Below, in pieces: positions 38,243-52,139 of a stretch of 64,000 bases of DNA. A program made the translations under genes and the position numbers. The stretch's first letter is position 1, and every line of letters begins with the position of its first letter. The notes beneath the pieces are model-generated. The model did no database searches, was not told where the DNA came from, and was given only the letters and a program-made list of their open reading frames with translations. Origin of the DNA: Malacoraja senta (Eukaryota); NCBI GenBank assembly GCA_038087875.1, contig CM075988.1:8186001-8250000 (forward strand), given 5' to 3'.

Positions 38243-38628
38243 GTAAGTAAGTAAGTAAGTTTATTGGCCAAGTATTCACATACAAGGAATTTGCCTTGGT
38301 GCTCCGCCCACAAGTAACATGACATACAGTGACAGTCACGAATTACACAGAAAACACTAAACATTAATAATAATAAAACAAATATGATAAAACACCATTG
38401 ATCAAGCATGTGAACCAACTAAATACCAGATCAAAGGGAGGCTACAGATTTTTGGCTGTTGAGTAGAGCAACTACTCGTGGATAAAAACTGTTTTTATGT
38501 CTGGCTGTGGCAGCTTTGACAGTCCGGAGTCGCCTTCCAGAGGGAAGTGATTCAAAGAGTTTGTGGCCAGGGTGAGAGGGGTCAGAGATGATCTTGCCCG
38601 CTCGCTTCCTGGCCCTTGCAGTGTACAG
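38243..38628 (-). mobile_element. Young Rex1/Babar-like LINE 3' end
   Basis: Minus frame RAGKIISDPSHPGHKLFESLPSGRRLRTVKAATARHKNSFYP; (TTAC)n tail. Confidence 0.75.
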
Positions 38629-41224
38629 TGCAATGAATTACATGGCAAAAAGATATAAACAATGAAGATTTGCACCAGGACTGATGCAGACGACAGATTG
38701 TACATATCTCTGCAGTGGGATTCAGGACTGTCACTCCACAGGATTGTCATTCCTTTGTTATTCAATATGAGGGGGTCAACAAATAGGTTAACTTCTGGCC
38801 CCCATTACAAATTAACATCTGTCATAAGAAAATGTCATTCGCAGAACTGTCTGATTAAAAGTCGAAGACGGTGGCATCTTTCTGCCAACCCATAATGCTG
38901 GAAAAGGTCAAAGTTTGTACAAACACTCTCTCCAAGGAGATTAAATTGAATCATTTTATAAAGCCTAACTATGTTAAGTCCAAACAGTGATTGATTCAAA
39001 TTATAGACTTCTCTTATTCTGTGTGGCACCACATTACACAAAATACAACCCTTTCATCTCATTGAATGGAGCAAATCTTATGCACATTCCATAATAATGC
39101 AGACAATTTCTATTCGGATAGCCGTTAATGGAAATTCAGCCAGAAAAAAACTAAAGAATGGATTTAAGTGTTCAAGTAAAAGAACATCACTTTAAACTCG
39201 CTAACTGGCTAACAGTTAAAGATTCATAAACCAGAATCAAAGGAAGACATAAAGTGATCATTAAATGCAATGTATAATGCGCCTTTTTAGTTTTTCTCCT
39301 TTCCAGTTTTGTAATCATTTGATGGAATGGAGAATTACACATAAAACCTTTCATTAACCCTTCCTTACATTTTTGCCTAGCACCTTCTTAGGAGAGTTCA
39401 GCAAGTTCAATGTTTCTAGTTAATTCACTGTGTGACTTTATCTTATAACTCTACAAGGAAACCCAAACTTGTATGCGTTGGATGGCTCACTGCTGAGTGA
39501 TTTTCGAACTTATGCTACACATAAATTGCAAATCAAAAACAGAAATTGCTGTAAACCTCAGTATTCAGCAAGCATCTGTGGAAAGAGAAATGTTTCAGGG
39601 TGAACAGAGGTTATACAGAGGGTCCACGACTCCCTGAAAGTGGCATCGTGTAGATAGCGTGGTATAGAAGGTATATGGTATGCTTCCTTTCATAGCTTGG
39701 GGAATTGATACAAGAATCAGGAAGTCATGATGCAGCTTTATAGGACTTTGGTTAAGTTGCATTTGGAATATTACATGCAGTTCTGGTCGCCCCATTGCTG
39801 GAAGGATGCGGAGGCTTTGGAAAGGGTGCAGAGAAAGTTTACCAGAATGATGTCTGTATAAGTGTGTATCAACTACAGGGAGAGGTTGGACAGACTTGGA
39901 CCGAAGGGCTTGATCTTGTGTTGCTCTTTCTTATGTTCCTTGAACACCTTTAGTTGGAACTGAAATTAAAACAAACACATCTTTGTTTTAGATGCAGAGA
40001 GGATGGAGTGGGTTGGATCATGAGGGCGAGTCTGGGTTTGACAATTTGTGGAGTAATTTGGTTAATGAGTTCCATTTGAGAGAGAAAGACGGAGGAGAGA
40101 AAGAGAAAGAGATGGGGGGGAGAGAGAGAGAAAGAAAAGAAGGGAAGGGAAGGAGGAAAGAAAGAAATAAAGAAAGTAAAAATGAAAGAGAGAAAGACGA
40201 AAAGAATGGGAATAGACAAAGCGACATGCCAAAACTATGGAATATGCTAATTAAAGCTGCTGCTAAAATCATCAAACATCAGGCTGCTGAATAAATGGAA
40301 ACAAGTTGTCATGAGGACATAATTGAGAGGCAGTGTAAAAGATACTTGGACAGGTGCATGGATAGGAAAGATTTGGAGGGATATGGCCCAGACGTAGGTA
40401 AATGGCACTCCCGAATGGATGAATTTGGCTGAAAGACCAATTTCCGTGCTGTATGACTCTGATGTGATCAAGCTCTTGAGCCACCCTGCATAACGTTAAC
40501 AACAACCTTACCTCAGCACCGCACTTTTACAGCCATTGCACTATCATGGTTGTCTGCGTACTCTAGTTTCAGCACTATTATGATCGAGTGCATTTAGAAT
40601 AACTGATTATTATATATTTGTTATCATTGTTGTTGCATCCAATGTGCTCGGTTCAGCTGCAGCTAGTAATAATTTAATTGTTCTGCTTCATGTCTGGCAC
40701 ATAGGACAAATAAACACTCTTGATCACGAACAGTAGAGTTTTATGAGTACTTTCTGTTTCTTTTAGTAATAATGCAAGAACTAGGGTTTGCCTCATGATC
40801 AACGGAGCTTCACTTTGCATTTACCCAAGATTGTACTTCACAACAAGCAGATGAGAAGACAAGTCCAGGGAATTACCTGACCTGGGCGGCTTTGAAGAGA
40901 TAGTGCAAAATAAACTTTGCTCTGACTTAAACCCAGGTTATGCTGACAATCGCACGATCATAGAAATAACACTACTGAATGACCCTATTTGGCTTCCTGT
41001 GTCTGCAACATTACTGAGTTATTTACTCCGATTCTAATACTTAGCCCCTTCCAGTATCTCCTCAATTGATTTCTTTTCAAAATCACCCTGAAATATGTTT
41101 TAAGGAATGTTGCAGTCTCCACTTAACATCCATTTATTATTAAAAGACAGGTCTCATTAATTGTCTGTGTATAAAATTTCCAACATTTTTATTATTTCTT
41201 CATTTCTTCCTTGTGATAACACTG

Positions 41225-41512
41225 TTGCTGCCTACAGCGCTTGCAGTGCCGGAGACTGGGGTCCGATCCTGAATACGGGTGCTTGTCTGTATGGAGTTTA
41301 TAGGTTCTCCCTGTGACCCCATGGATTTTCTCCATGATTTTCGGTTTCCTCCCACACCCCTAAGACGTACAGGCTTGTAGGTTAATTGGCTTGGTATAAA
41401 TGTAAAATTGTCCCGTGTGTGTAGGATAGTGTTAATGAGCGGGGGGTCACTGGTCGGCATGGACTCGGTTGGTCGAAGGGCCTGTTTCCCCTTTGTATCT
41501 CTAAACTAAACT
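41225..41512 (+). mobile_element. HE1-type SINE, head truncated
   Basis: Central domain and tail match the other copies. Confidence 0.82.
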
Positions 41513-42569
41513 TCTTGGTACAGCTCTTACACACAATGCATATAATCCATTACTGATTCTTTTTTCAACACCTTCCAAAGTTTTGAATATTTCTATGACA
41601 TCTCCTCAACTATATTTTGTCTGGTGAAGAATGGCAGATGCACGTCAGCCATCACTTGGAACCAGGAATAGAGATCATGGAGAACCAGCTCTGTCCCATG
41701 TTTAATCCAAGAGGGAGTTGGGAGTTTCTGCAACAGTGTCATTCGTGCAATGTACAGGCATGATGAGATGGTGCAGGTCTTTGCAGCAGATAACGTGGGC
41801 TGTAGTTGATCACTGACAGCAAAATAGCTTCATTATCGAAAGCAGTGCTGTATATTTCCCAGGAGTGCTCGATGCGACAGTATAGAAGGATCTTAATACG
41901 GATTATTTTTCTTCCTAGATGTCACCTAAACTATCTCGATGGAGAACAAAGGGGGGCCCTTGTTTATACCGAACCTATGCTGCACATATCTGAGGTGTTG
42001 ATAAAATACATTTGGCGAAACCTTTATTCTGCATCAAACCTGTGTAATGTCTGAACTGGAAGCACACATTTCCGATAGACGACCCATTGCTTTTCACTGG
42101 CATTGGTATCCGTTTCTTTGACAGGAACCATACGGACTACAATAACACAATTATACATTGCTTGTTTCTGCCGATAACTAATGGGTAAAGTGAATTTTTT
42201 TCTTAAAACGTTTAAATCTTTTGGTTTAACCAGCAGCAGTCTATAATAATCGCAACCCGAAGGTAAAGAAACAGACAGCCTCAGCTACTTTTGCTCTTCT
42301 TATGGTTTCAATGTTCTGGGAAGTGGGAAATAGGGAATCAGCATAATTCTGTGAGTGTGTGTGTGTGTGTGTAGTTGAGGCAGGTACAATAACAACACTT
42401 AAAAGACATTTGGCCGGGTACATGGATCTGAAAGGTTCAGAGGGATGTGGGCCAAATATGGGCAGGTGGGACTAGTGTAGATGGGGCATCTTGAACAGCA
42501 TGGGCAAGTTGGGCCAAAAGGCCTGTTTCCATGCTGTATAACTCCATTAGTCTAGCTATGACTATGTGT

Positions 42570-44068
42570 AATCAGGTTCAAGAGGGTACTCACGGGGAGA
42601 ATGGGTTTCATTAGGGAATAAAGTGATGATCTATGTGTGGTGCTAGGGGCTGTGGGTCAGGAACAAAATTCTTATTTATTTTCTATATTTACCGAGAAAA
42701 ACAACATGGCAGGGAGGGGTAGGTGAATAATTTGAAGTAGGTCAGTATTTCATTATTAAGAAGGATGAGGTGTGAGATGTCATGGAATGCATATGGGTTG
42801 AAAATCCCAAGGGCCAGACGAGATCTATCTCAGGTTGTCATGGAAAGCTAGGGAGGAGATAGGTGGTGGCCTGATGAAGATTTCTGCACCTTCTTTAACC
42901 ACAGGGAAGGCCGGAGGATGACTAATGTTCTTCCTTTATTTAAGAAGGGAAGGTAGGTACAAGTTGATAAGACTTACATCAGTGGGAGGGAAATTATTGT
43001 TGTAAATCTTAAAGATAGGATATCTGTAAAGATAGGATATATGTACACTGGGGCTGATCGGCGATTGTTAGCATGGCGTCATGCAGGGGAAATCCTGAAA
43101 ATGGCTTTTCAGATGGGAAGTCTGTGATGAGTGTATTGCAGGGACTGATGCTGGGACTCTTGCTTATGATGTATATTAAGTACTTGGGTGTGAATATAAG
43201 AGGTATAACTAGTAGGTTTGTGAATGATATGAGAGTTGTCAGTGTAGTGGATAGGGAGAAAGATATCTATTGCTGCAGCAAGATAGAGATCAGATGGAGG
43301 ATTGGGTGGAGCTTTAGCAGATGGAACTTAATCCCTACTAACATGAGTTGATGCATTTCGGTAAATTAAATAGGGGGGACATATACAGGTAAATGTATGG
43401 CACTAAAGAATGTTAATGGACAGAGGGACCTTGGGGTTCTCTATGTACTACATAGGTTGGTGAAAAGGGTATACGGAGTACTTGTTTTCAGAGGTAGGTG
43501 CATAGTTGGGATATAATGCATCAGCTTTACACAACACTGTTGAAACTATACTTGGTGTAATGGTGTGCAGTTTGGGTCGTCGCATTATACGTTGGATGTG
43601 ATTATGCTGAAGAAAGTGCAGAGGACATTCATCATGATGTAGCCTGGACTGGAGGACGTTATTGATGGGGAGAGATTATATAGGCTGGGTTTGTTTTCTC
43701 TAGAGCGTACAAAGCTGAGGTGCGACCTGATAAGAATGAATGAAATTATAAGGGACATTGATAGAATAGTCAGAATCTTTTATTGCATGGTGTGATATTA
43801 AGAACAAGAGGGCATTGTCTTCAGCTGAGAGTAAGGGGTTTCAAATGGGATTTGAGAGGAAAGTTTTTTTTTCCAGAGAGTGGTTGATATCTGGAACTCA
43901 CTGCCAGAGGAAGTAGTGGAATCAGATACAAACATTATATTTAAGCGACATATAGTCAAAGAATTAAATAGGCAAAGCATAGAAGGAAAGAACGGATAAA
44001 TGGGATTAGTATAGAAGGGAAAATGGTCAGGATGGACATGGTGGGACGAAGGGCCTGCGTCTGTGACA
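42570..44068 (+). mobile_element. Old, heavily mutated CR1 LINE
   Basis: Degenerate SPGPD, SVLQGLMLG and FVND motifs plus CR1 3' UTR. Confidence 0.78.
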
Positions 44069-46410
44069 GACAACTCCAGAATTCTATGTTTTCAGCCAAA
44101 TAAGTTAAATAGAGGGCTAGCAAATCCCAAGAGAACAAATTCCAGCATCTGTCACTAAATTTAGTAAAATAATTGAATTGGAAAACAAAAGAAGGAACTA
44201 AAACTCATTACTGGGAATAAATAACTGTGGCAACGCAGGTAAATCTAGCAGCAAACCTGTGCATGGGAAGATCCCACAAACAGCAATGAAATAAATGGCC
44301 AGATAGTTGGATTTTTATCTTGTAAATGGTACGTGATTTTGGATAGCACAATGGGAGAGATCCACGTTCTTCTTCACCGTATCTACCTAACTCCTTTGAC
44401 AATGCAACTGTTTCTCAGCATTGATTTAAAGGAGAAGGAACACTCTCCCTGGATTGCAGTAACAAGACCCTATGAATACATACCATTCCTATACAAGAGA
44501 ATATTGATTGCCTCAGTGTGAATATATATTGTCGCCATATCAGTTCAGGTCTGAGAGTAGTTTTGTGGTGCAAATTTATATCATGTCTACACCAATGAGC
44601 AAACATCAAACAGTATGAATATTAACCACCTTCTCTTTGTGAGTAACCTCTACACTCTCTACATTTTGCAAAGCAAACCAAAACTAAATGTTGAATGTAA
44701 TTTTTTTCAGACCCAAGCCATCTCTGTTTAAATGCTTGCTTGTTTTCCTGCTTAAATCAATTTCTTCATCATGCTGGATTTCTTAAAATAAAATAGGAAG
44801 GGGAAAAAGAAAGTAACAAATTGGACCGAGTGGCAAATTGGAACATCACCAGCCAGGAATGGCCCTTAGCATGAGTGGTGTTAAATGAACATGTATAATT
44901 ACATGGGAACTCTGCATAGAAACTGAGACAAAATGAGATCCATCCACTCCGTGACTCTGTGTTTCTAATTTCAAATCTGCTTCAGTGGCAGATTGTCTCT
45001 TTCTCTGAGCCCAGTCACATGACCTTCCCCAGTACACCCTGAATCACTCTGACCTGATGAGGCTGTCTCCCAGAGGACCATTAATTCATAGTCATCTCAG
45101 AAACTGCCTGACAGCTCTAATTTTTTCTGGGCAAGCAGCCACAGCAGCAATAAAATGATGCTATTACCCGCACGGGGACAAGGAGGATGCATTAACCCCA
45201 TGACTTCAGGACAATGAAAGCACAAAAACGTTAAATATTTCACTCCCAACAGATTTCAACATCAATTTTTAAATAAATGTTCAGCATGACCACAAGCTTT
45301 TATAACTAATGTATGCCTGGCCTCTGGTTTACCTCTCTAGCGAATGCGACTCTATTGCACGAAAGCTGCTTTAACTATGAAGCTGATGTAGTGAGGGGCC
45401 TGCCATGTTGTACAGCATTGCAGTGAAGGGATTGAAAACCAAACAACATCTTACTTTGGCTCTAGGAACTAATATTTAAAAGGCTTTTTTATCACACACT
45501 GACTGTTGAATCTTTCTGTTTACGAAACGGCATTCCTCTCGAGAATTCCTGTGGTTCCTCGTGAAAAAAATATTAAGAGAAGTCCCCTGTGTTAATACAA
45601 CCTTGAGTTCTCAATGATCAGTCCGTGTAGCTTAGCTCAGTTTAAACTAATCTGAAACGGAATCAAATTCAATAAGGGGGAGGGGTTGGCGGTGGATATG
45701 AGAGCAACATCAAGAGAACTTAGTTCTCAGAAATGTTAGCTCTGAGCCAACTATACTCCGCTTAATCAGTGAATTTTAATGGAGCTTCCTTGATTTTCCT
45801 CAAGAATATAATGTCGCAGTTACATGTACAGGCTGTTTCTATGCCTGAAATTCGTTTTTTTGTTGTTATTTTACAACTTTGAAAGTATTAGGTAAAAATG
45901 TACATCATTATTTTCGGGAAAGGTTTCATGTCGGAGAAGGGAAATTTACAAAACGTGTAATTATATTTGGAACAGAACCATAAAGACTGAGAGGGATGGA
46001 AAATGAATAAAAGCAGCAGTTTGTCCATTCAACTACTCAACCACTCAGTAGACATTCAATAACTTCATAGCTAATAGAACAGTACAGCACAGGAACGGGC
46101 CCTATGGCCCACAATGTTTGTGCCGACCATGATACCAAGTTAAACTGAACTTATCTGCCTCTATATGATCCATATCCCCCTATTGCTTGCAGTTTCATGT
46201 GCCTATCTAAAGGTCACTTAACCACTATCACATCTGTTTCGACCACCACTCCTAGGATGGCTAATCTTCAATCTTGGTACCACTTTCCTGAACTAAACCT
46301 ATATCCCTTAACTTTGTTGATACTGAAATACTTATTGATCTTTGTCTTAAAGATTCTGGTTGTCCGAGTCTCCACAGACATCTTGGGTAGAGAATTACAA
46401 ATATTCAACA

Positions 46411-46667
46411 AAACGGCCCAAAGTGCTGGAGTAACTCAGCAGATCAGGCAGCATCTCTGGAGAAGATGGAAGGTTGACGTTTCGGGTCGAGACCCTTCTT
46501 CTGAAGAAAGATCCTGATCCAAAATGTCACCTATCCATGAGTCTGAAGGAGGGTCCCGACTCTAAGTGTCACCTATCCATGTTCTCAAGAGAGGCTACCT
46601 GACCCGCTGTTACTCCAGCACTTTGTTTCCTTTCGTGTATTAACTAGCATCTGCAGGTTTTTGTTTC
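46411..46667. mobile_element. Penelope-derived fold-back insertion with three hammerhead-like remnants, inside a minus-strand CR1
   Basis: 15-bp TSD TACAAATATTCAACA at 46396-46410 and 46668-46682. Confidence 0.82.
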
Positions 46668-47393
46668 TACAAATATTCAACACCCTCTGGGTGAAGAAAT
46701 TTCTTCTCATCTCTATCTTAAATGGCCGGCCCCTTTTCCTGAAGTTGTGATCTCTGGTGTGCGACATCTCCCAGCAAGGGGAATCATCAACTCGCATCTA
46801 CTCTGTAAAAAACTCCACAAAAAACAACATGCGTTTCAATGAGATCACCAATCATTGTTCTATAGATTTTAGAGGAATTGATATGGATCGATTGTACATA
46901 ATCTCTCATTGTAAAACCAACCCAGTATAATCTATTGTGTGAATCTGCTGTCACCACATCAGATGAAAGACTTGATTTCTCCAGAGACGGTGCGTAAAAA
47001 TTTACTTGGATTTCATGAGAGCTAATGATTGACCAAGGTGAGGTTATTTGGAAGAAGAGGTGAAAAAATGGTGGTTTAATTAGTTTGCATACAATTCAGA
47101 ACAAACGTTGATAACCAATCAGAGCTGGCACCGATGAACCAGATGGGCTCCACCTTCCCTGGGTCATCAGTGCCAGCTCTGATTTGTTCTGTACCTTTTC
47201 ATACCTCTAGTTACCCTATCTCCTGACTCAGTCTGAAGAAGGGTCTCAACTCAAAGCATCACCTATTCTTTTTCTCTAGAGATGCTGACTGACCCACTGA
47301 GTTACTTCAGCATATATATATATATTCCTTCGCTCCATAGATGCTGCCTCACCCGCTGAGTTTCTCCAGCATCTTTGTCTACCAACATATATA

Positions 47394-48748
47394 TCTATAT
47401 TACTAAAAGTCTGATCTTGACCACTTCCTGTTGTTCTGTATATTGATTTTAGAAAAAACGCTGCCACTTACGGCTGTGATTTTTGGCCATCTTACTCAGA
47501 GTCCCCCTCCGCTGGGCAGGACAAGAGGATTTTTCCCATCGATGAAAAATAAAAGAGTTATTAGTGTTTAAAAAATGTTGAGATTCTCTCTCCTGAATGC
47601 GATGCCCCTTCCAGAGGGACTATAAAACCCAGAGTGCCTCAGTCAGTCTCTGCAAGATGCGGGAGCGAGAGGGCCATGCCTCGCCTCTCAGTCTGAGCTG
47701 TGAATAACACTGAACACATGTCTACTAAACTGTGAGTGGTTTTACTGACCTATCAGTGCCCTTAATGTGGTTTGAAAATATAGTTTGGAAATGCTAAAGC
47801 TGTGTTGCCTTTGGTTTGGAAATGGTAAAACTGTGTTGCCTATGGTTTGGAAATGCTAAAGCTGTGTTGCCGTTGGTTTGGAAATGTTAAAGCTGTGTTA
47901 CCTAATTAAAGTTGCCTTGCCTAATTAAAGTTGCCTTGCCTAATTAAAGTTGCCTTGCCTAATTAAAGTTGCCTTGCCTAATTAAAGTTGCCTTGCCTTC
48001 TATATAATTAAAAGTCTAATCTTGACCACTTCCTGTTTGTGCTTTATATTGATTTTTGAAAAAATGCTACCACGTACGGCTGTGATTTTTGGCCATCTTA
48101 CTCAGAGTCCCCCTCCGCTCACCAGGTACCGAGGACTTTTCCCATCGATGAAAAATAAAATAATTATTAGTGTTTTAAAAATGTTGAGATTCTCTCTCCT
48201 ATCAATCATGCCATGAAGGCCACGCCCTTTCTGGTGGGAGGGGGGGAGGGACTATAAAACCCAGAAGTGTGGGCGTGGCTCAGTCTCTGCAAGATGGAGG
48301 AGGGAGAGGTCATGACTCGCTGTCTTTAGTGGCCTTGCACCCTGCTTGAATTGGTATGAAACTGCACTTGATTTGGTGGCCTTGCACCCTGCTTGAAGTG
48401 GTAAGAAACTGCATTTGAATTTGGTGGCCTTGCACCCAGCTTGAAATGGAATTTCAAGGAATAGCTGCGAGTCAACTGCTAGCCCACCAGCCATGAGTGA
48501 GTGAGCTGCCAGCACCACAGGCTTGAGTGACTGAGCAGCCAGCCCAAGAATCCATTGGGCCCAAAAGGTCCATACTAGCCCACTGGAAACCAGTCCCTTC
48601 AGCCCACAACACCCATATGAGCGCTCCAGAACCCCCCCCCCTCCCCCACTGGCCACCAATATTGGAATTGGTGGAGAGGTGGAATATTGCGTTGGGGGAC
48701 CATCCCTCCCATGTGATGCTGGGACCCAACGGGTCCCACTTAATCTAG
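47394..48748 (+). mobile_element. Non-autonomous Helitron with a duplicated 5' head
   Basis: Starts A|TCTATATTACTAAAA; ends with hairpin TGGGACCC-AAC-GGGTCCCA (48720-48738) then CTAG|T; inserted in a TA tract without a discrete TSD; internal 32-, 19- and about 48-bp tandem repeats. Confidence 0.85.
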
Positions 48749-51655
48749 TATATATATATATACTCTGTAAGAAGGAACTGCAGCGGGGCAGGCAGTATCG
48801 CTGAAGAGAAGGGTCTTGATCCGGAACGTCACCCATTACTTCTTTCCAGAAATGCTGCCTGCCCCGCTGACTTACTCCAGCATTTTGTGTCTACGGTATA
48901 TAAATATACTGCACTTTTTTGCTATCTTTTATGGTTTTTACAGAGTACTATGCTTATATATTTGTTGCACTGACGCTTGACTGAGTGGCTTCTTTCTATG
49001 TGCACCTTTTCTTTATCATTAGGAACAGAAATCTGCCCCCACCCACATGATAGAACATGGTACATATCTAGAATGGTCAACACAGGAACAGGCCCTTCGG
49101 CCCACACTAACTGCGCCAAACATGATGCCCACTTAAACTAATCCCTACTGTGTACGAAGGAACTGCAGATGCTGGTTTGAACCGAAGATAGACACAAAAA
49201 GCTGGAGTAACTCATCGGGACAGGCAGCATCTCTGGAGAGATGGAATGGGTGACGTTTCAGGTCAAGATCCTTCTTCAGACTGAGAGTCAGTGGAAAGGG
49301 AAACGAGAGATAAAGACGGTGACATAGAGAGTTGCATCCCCCCTCTCTCCATCCCTCCCCCAACCAAGTCACACCAGCTTCAAAGTCGTCTCGTTGAGTC
49401 TCATTGTCTTTCTCATTTCCACCCAGGCCACAGCCAACAATGGCCCGTTTCCTCCACCATCGCCACCTCTTTGCATATCCCTCATTCATTTGTATCTCCC
49501 TACTGTCTGCGCATGCTCCATATCCCTCATTACATGCATATTCATGTGTCTATCTATAAACCTCATAAACATCACTATTGCATCTGCGTCTACAACTACC
49601 CCCGGCATTATTTCAAATGAATCATAGCCTCTCAATAGTTTAATTCACAGTCATAATTAGTCCTATATAACTGTTGAATATCCCTGCTTAGCTGCAACTG
49701 ATCTAGCTACAGGGTATTTGTACTCGTATAATTTATATGGTGGGAAGACTTAATGAGGTCATTAAATTATATTATTATACAAAATCTAGTTATATATGCT
49801 GTAAACACTGCACACATTGATTTTGTTATAAGAGTGGAATAAAGTAAATGGCCTTGCATGAAGATCCTGCGCTTGTTATGATAAAGAAAACTTACTGGAA
49901 CTCGAACAGGATGCAGGTCCCACCTCAATCCACGTTGCAAATGGCCACGAAGATGAGAAAAGTTATCAAGAAAATTAATTGGCAGAAGCAAAATCGTAAA
50001 ATACAAATGGGCACGCCGCTGTTGAAAGTAGTGGTACATCTCATGAACCCCGGGGAAACCTCGTGGCCCGCAAGAATAAAAAGGTGAAATAAAAACAATA
50101 ACAAGGAATAAAACCATCCTTGCAGGTTCAAACTTGCTGCTGCAGGCAAAGTCCATTTTGCATGGGTCCCATGGGCCCAGATCAAAGGGAAACAAGGGGA
50201 GCTCCAGGCAATTACATTTAACTGTGAAGCTGTGACAGTGGTGGATAGAACCTTATTTTGAAGCCAGATATAAAGGAAGGAAGACGCTGTCTGTTCGCAA
50301 ACAGTGGAGCAAGCGGAAAACACACACAAGATTGAGTACCATTCCCTTTGCTTTTGTGGGAAGAGGAACAAAATGGTGGGCCAAGCACAAGCAGGTTTCA
50401 TGGGGTGGTGGAGTGTACAACACGGTGTGTCAATTGTTCACACCCCGACATGAAGAGAATGGAGTCCAGTAATAATGATGAGCTGGAATGAAGGCGCTGA
50501 ACAGTGTCGGCATTGAACGTTGCAAAGAAGGAATGAGCGAATGTGTTAACAAAAATAGGCTTTGAAGTGGATACATGTTCACTAACTTGGCAGTTACACT
50601 CACAGGGCAAGCATGTGTCTCATTTGTAATGGGCTAGTCCATATACGAGTCACCATGCATCTCCCAATTTTTCTTCAGAGGCAGATTTGCAAGATGGGGC
50701 CAGAAAGTGGAGACTCTCTGCGTGTTGTTCCAAAAGAGGATCTATTGTACTCATGTACAGTACGCTTTTATTTAATAGCATGCTGAAGAAGAATCTCACT
50801 GTATCTCTGTACATGTGATAATAAATAAACCTTAGAACCATTGAATTATTTCACTCCCGATGTCTATTGCATTTCACAATAAAGCATAACTTTATTTTAT
50901 GAGAGAGAAAAATGTGCAGAGGTTTAGGGAAATACAAAGAAGGGGATTGAGACTGGTATTGCTAAAGATAGACTCAAAGTGCTGGAGAACTCAGCAGGGA
51001 GGTGGAGAGGGAGGGAGGGGGAAAAAGGAGAGAAGGAGGGAGGGCAAGGGAGGACAAGGGAGGGGGAGAGGGCCTACCTACTTAATTGCACTGTGAAATA
51101 TGGCCACCACCATGTGAACATTAAAACCCATACACCCATGTGGGCCTCCTTGCTCCTGGATGTAGGCATTGCTTTGTCAAGTTATTGTTTTGGCCAGTGA
51201 TTTGAAATGGTCATGTCACGCTAAAAGAAATCACATTCAGGAAACATCCACTCTATGTACGGTACTTAGAACAAGGTAGTGCTAGCCTTGCATTGTTTTT
51301 AAAGGAAAAAGATATTATTGATGACAATAACAGTGCAATTTGTCAAATGTGTGGGGGAAATATTTCAATGTCTTATAGGCAGTAACATGACTTTGTTCAG
51401 TACCTTCAAATAAGAAAAAACAAGGTTGTCTATAGCTCCATGAGTAAGATAAAGCCTGGATCCCAGAGCATCTTTGTGTGTGGGAATGCTTCCTTACCCT
51501 TTTGTGTGCCATGGACACAGTTTCAGGTCCAATAACCTTACTCTACAGGTAATTAACAAACATTATGGATGCAAGGTTTAATCCTTATGGATACAATAAA
51601 TTTCAATCTTTCAGTTCCATTGCCCAACCAAAGCACGGCTGGATGATTTAAAAGA

Positions 51656-51797
51656 ATAGACATCAGTCTGAAGAGGGGTCTCGACCCGAAACGTCACCCA
51701 TTCCTTCTCTCCATAGATGCTGCCTCACGTGCTGAGTTACTCCAGCATTTTGTGTCTACCTTCGATTTTATCCAGCATCTGAGGTTCTTTTTCACAC
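51656..51797 (+). mobile_element. Penelope 3'-end monomer with intact hammerhead-like core at 51668-51695
   Basis: CTGAAGA-GGGGTCTCGACCC-GAAACGTC; 13-bp TSD ATGATTTAAAAGA at 51643-51655 and 51798-51810. Confidence 0.82.
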
Positions 51798-52139
51798 ATG
51801 ATTTAAAAGAGTGTTTGCTTATCTCATTCGGCTTGGGTGCATCAAACCAAGGCAACCATTAAAGCTTTCCTGACTTGGGACATTATTTTCCTATTAGTGA
51901 TCAGGGAGAGAGGAAAATCCTTAAATCTACTACTCTGTCAGGTGAAATGTCTCTCATGCAAAGTGAATTTATTCATCAATTGATCAAGAAAGCCAATCTC
52001 AGTGAAAAGCTAGTTGGACTTTAGAAAGACAATATCAATGCAAATTTTGATAGTGCTAAACAAGCCAGCAAAAAATATGCAATGAAAAAAGAACAAAGGA
52101 AGGAAATGTTTGATTTTGATCAGTATTTATTGTTACAGC

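Noticed and set aside
39950..40294. Lys/Glu-rich and Phe/Ser-rich ORFs
   Set aside because: Produced by the GA-rich low-complexity tract at about 40080-40205.
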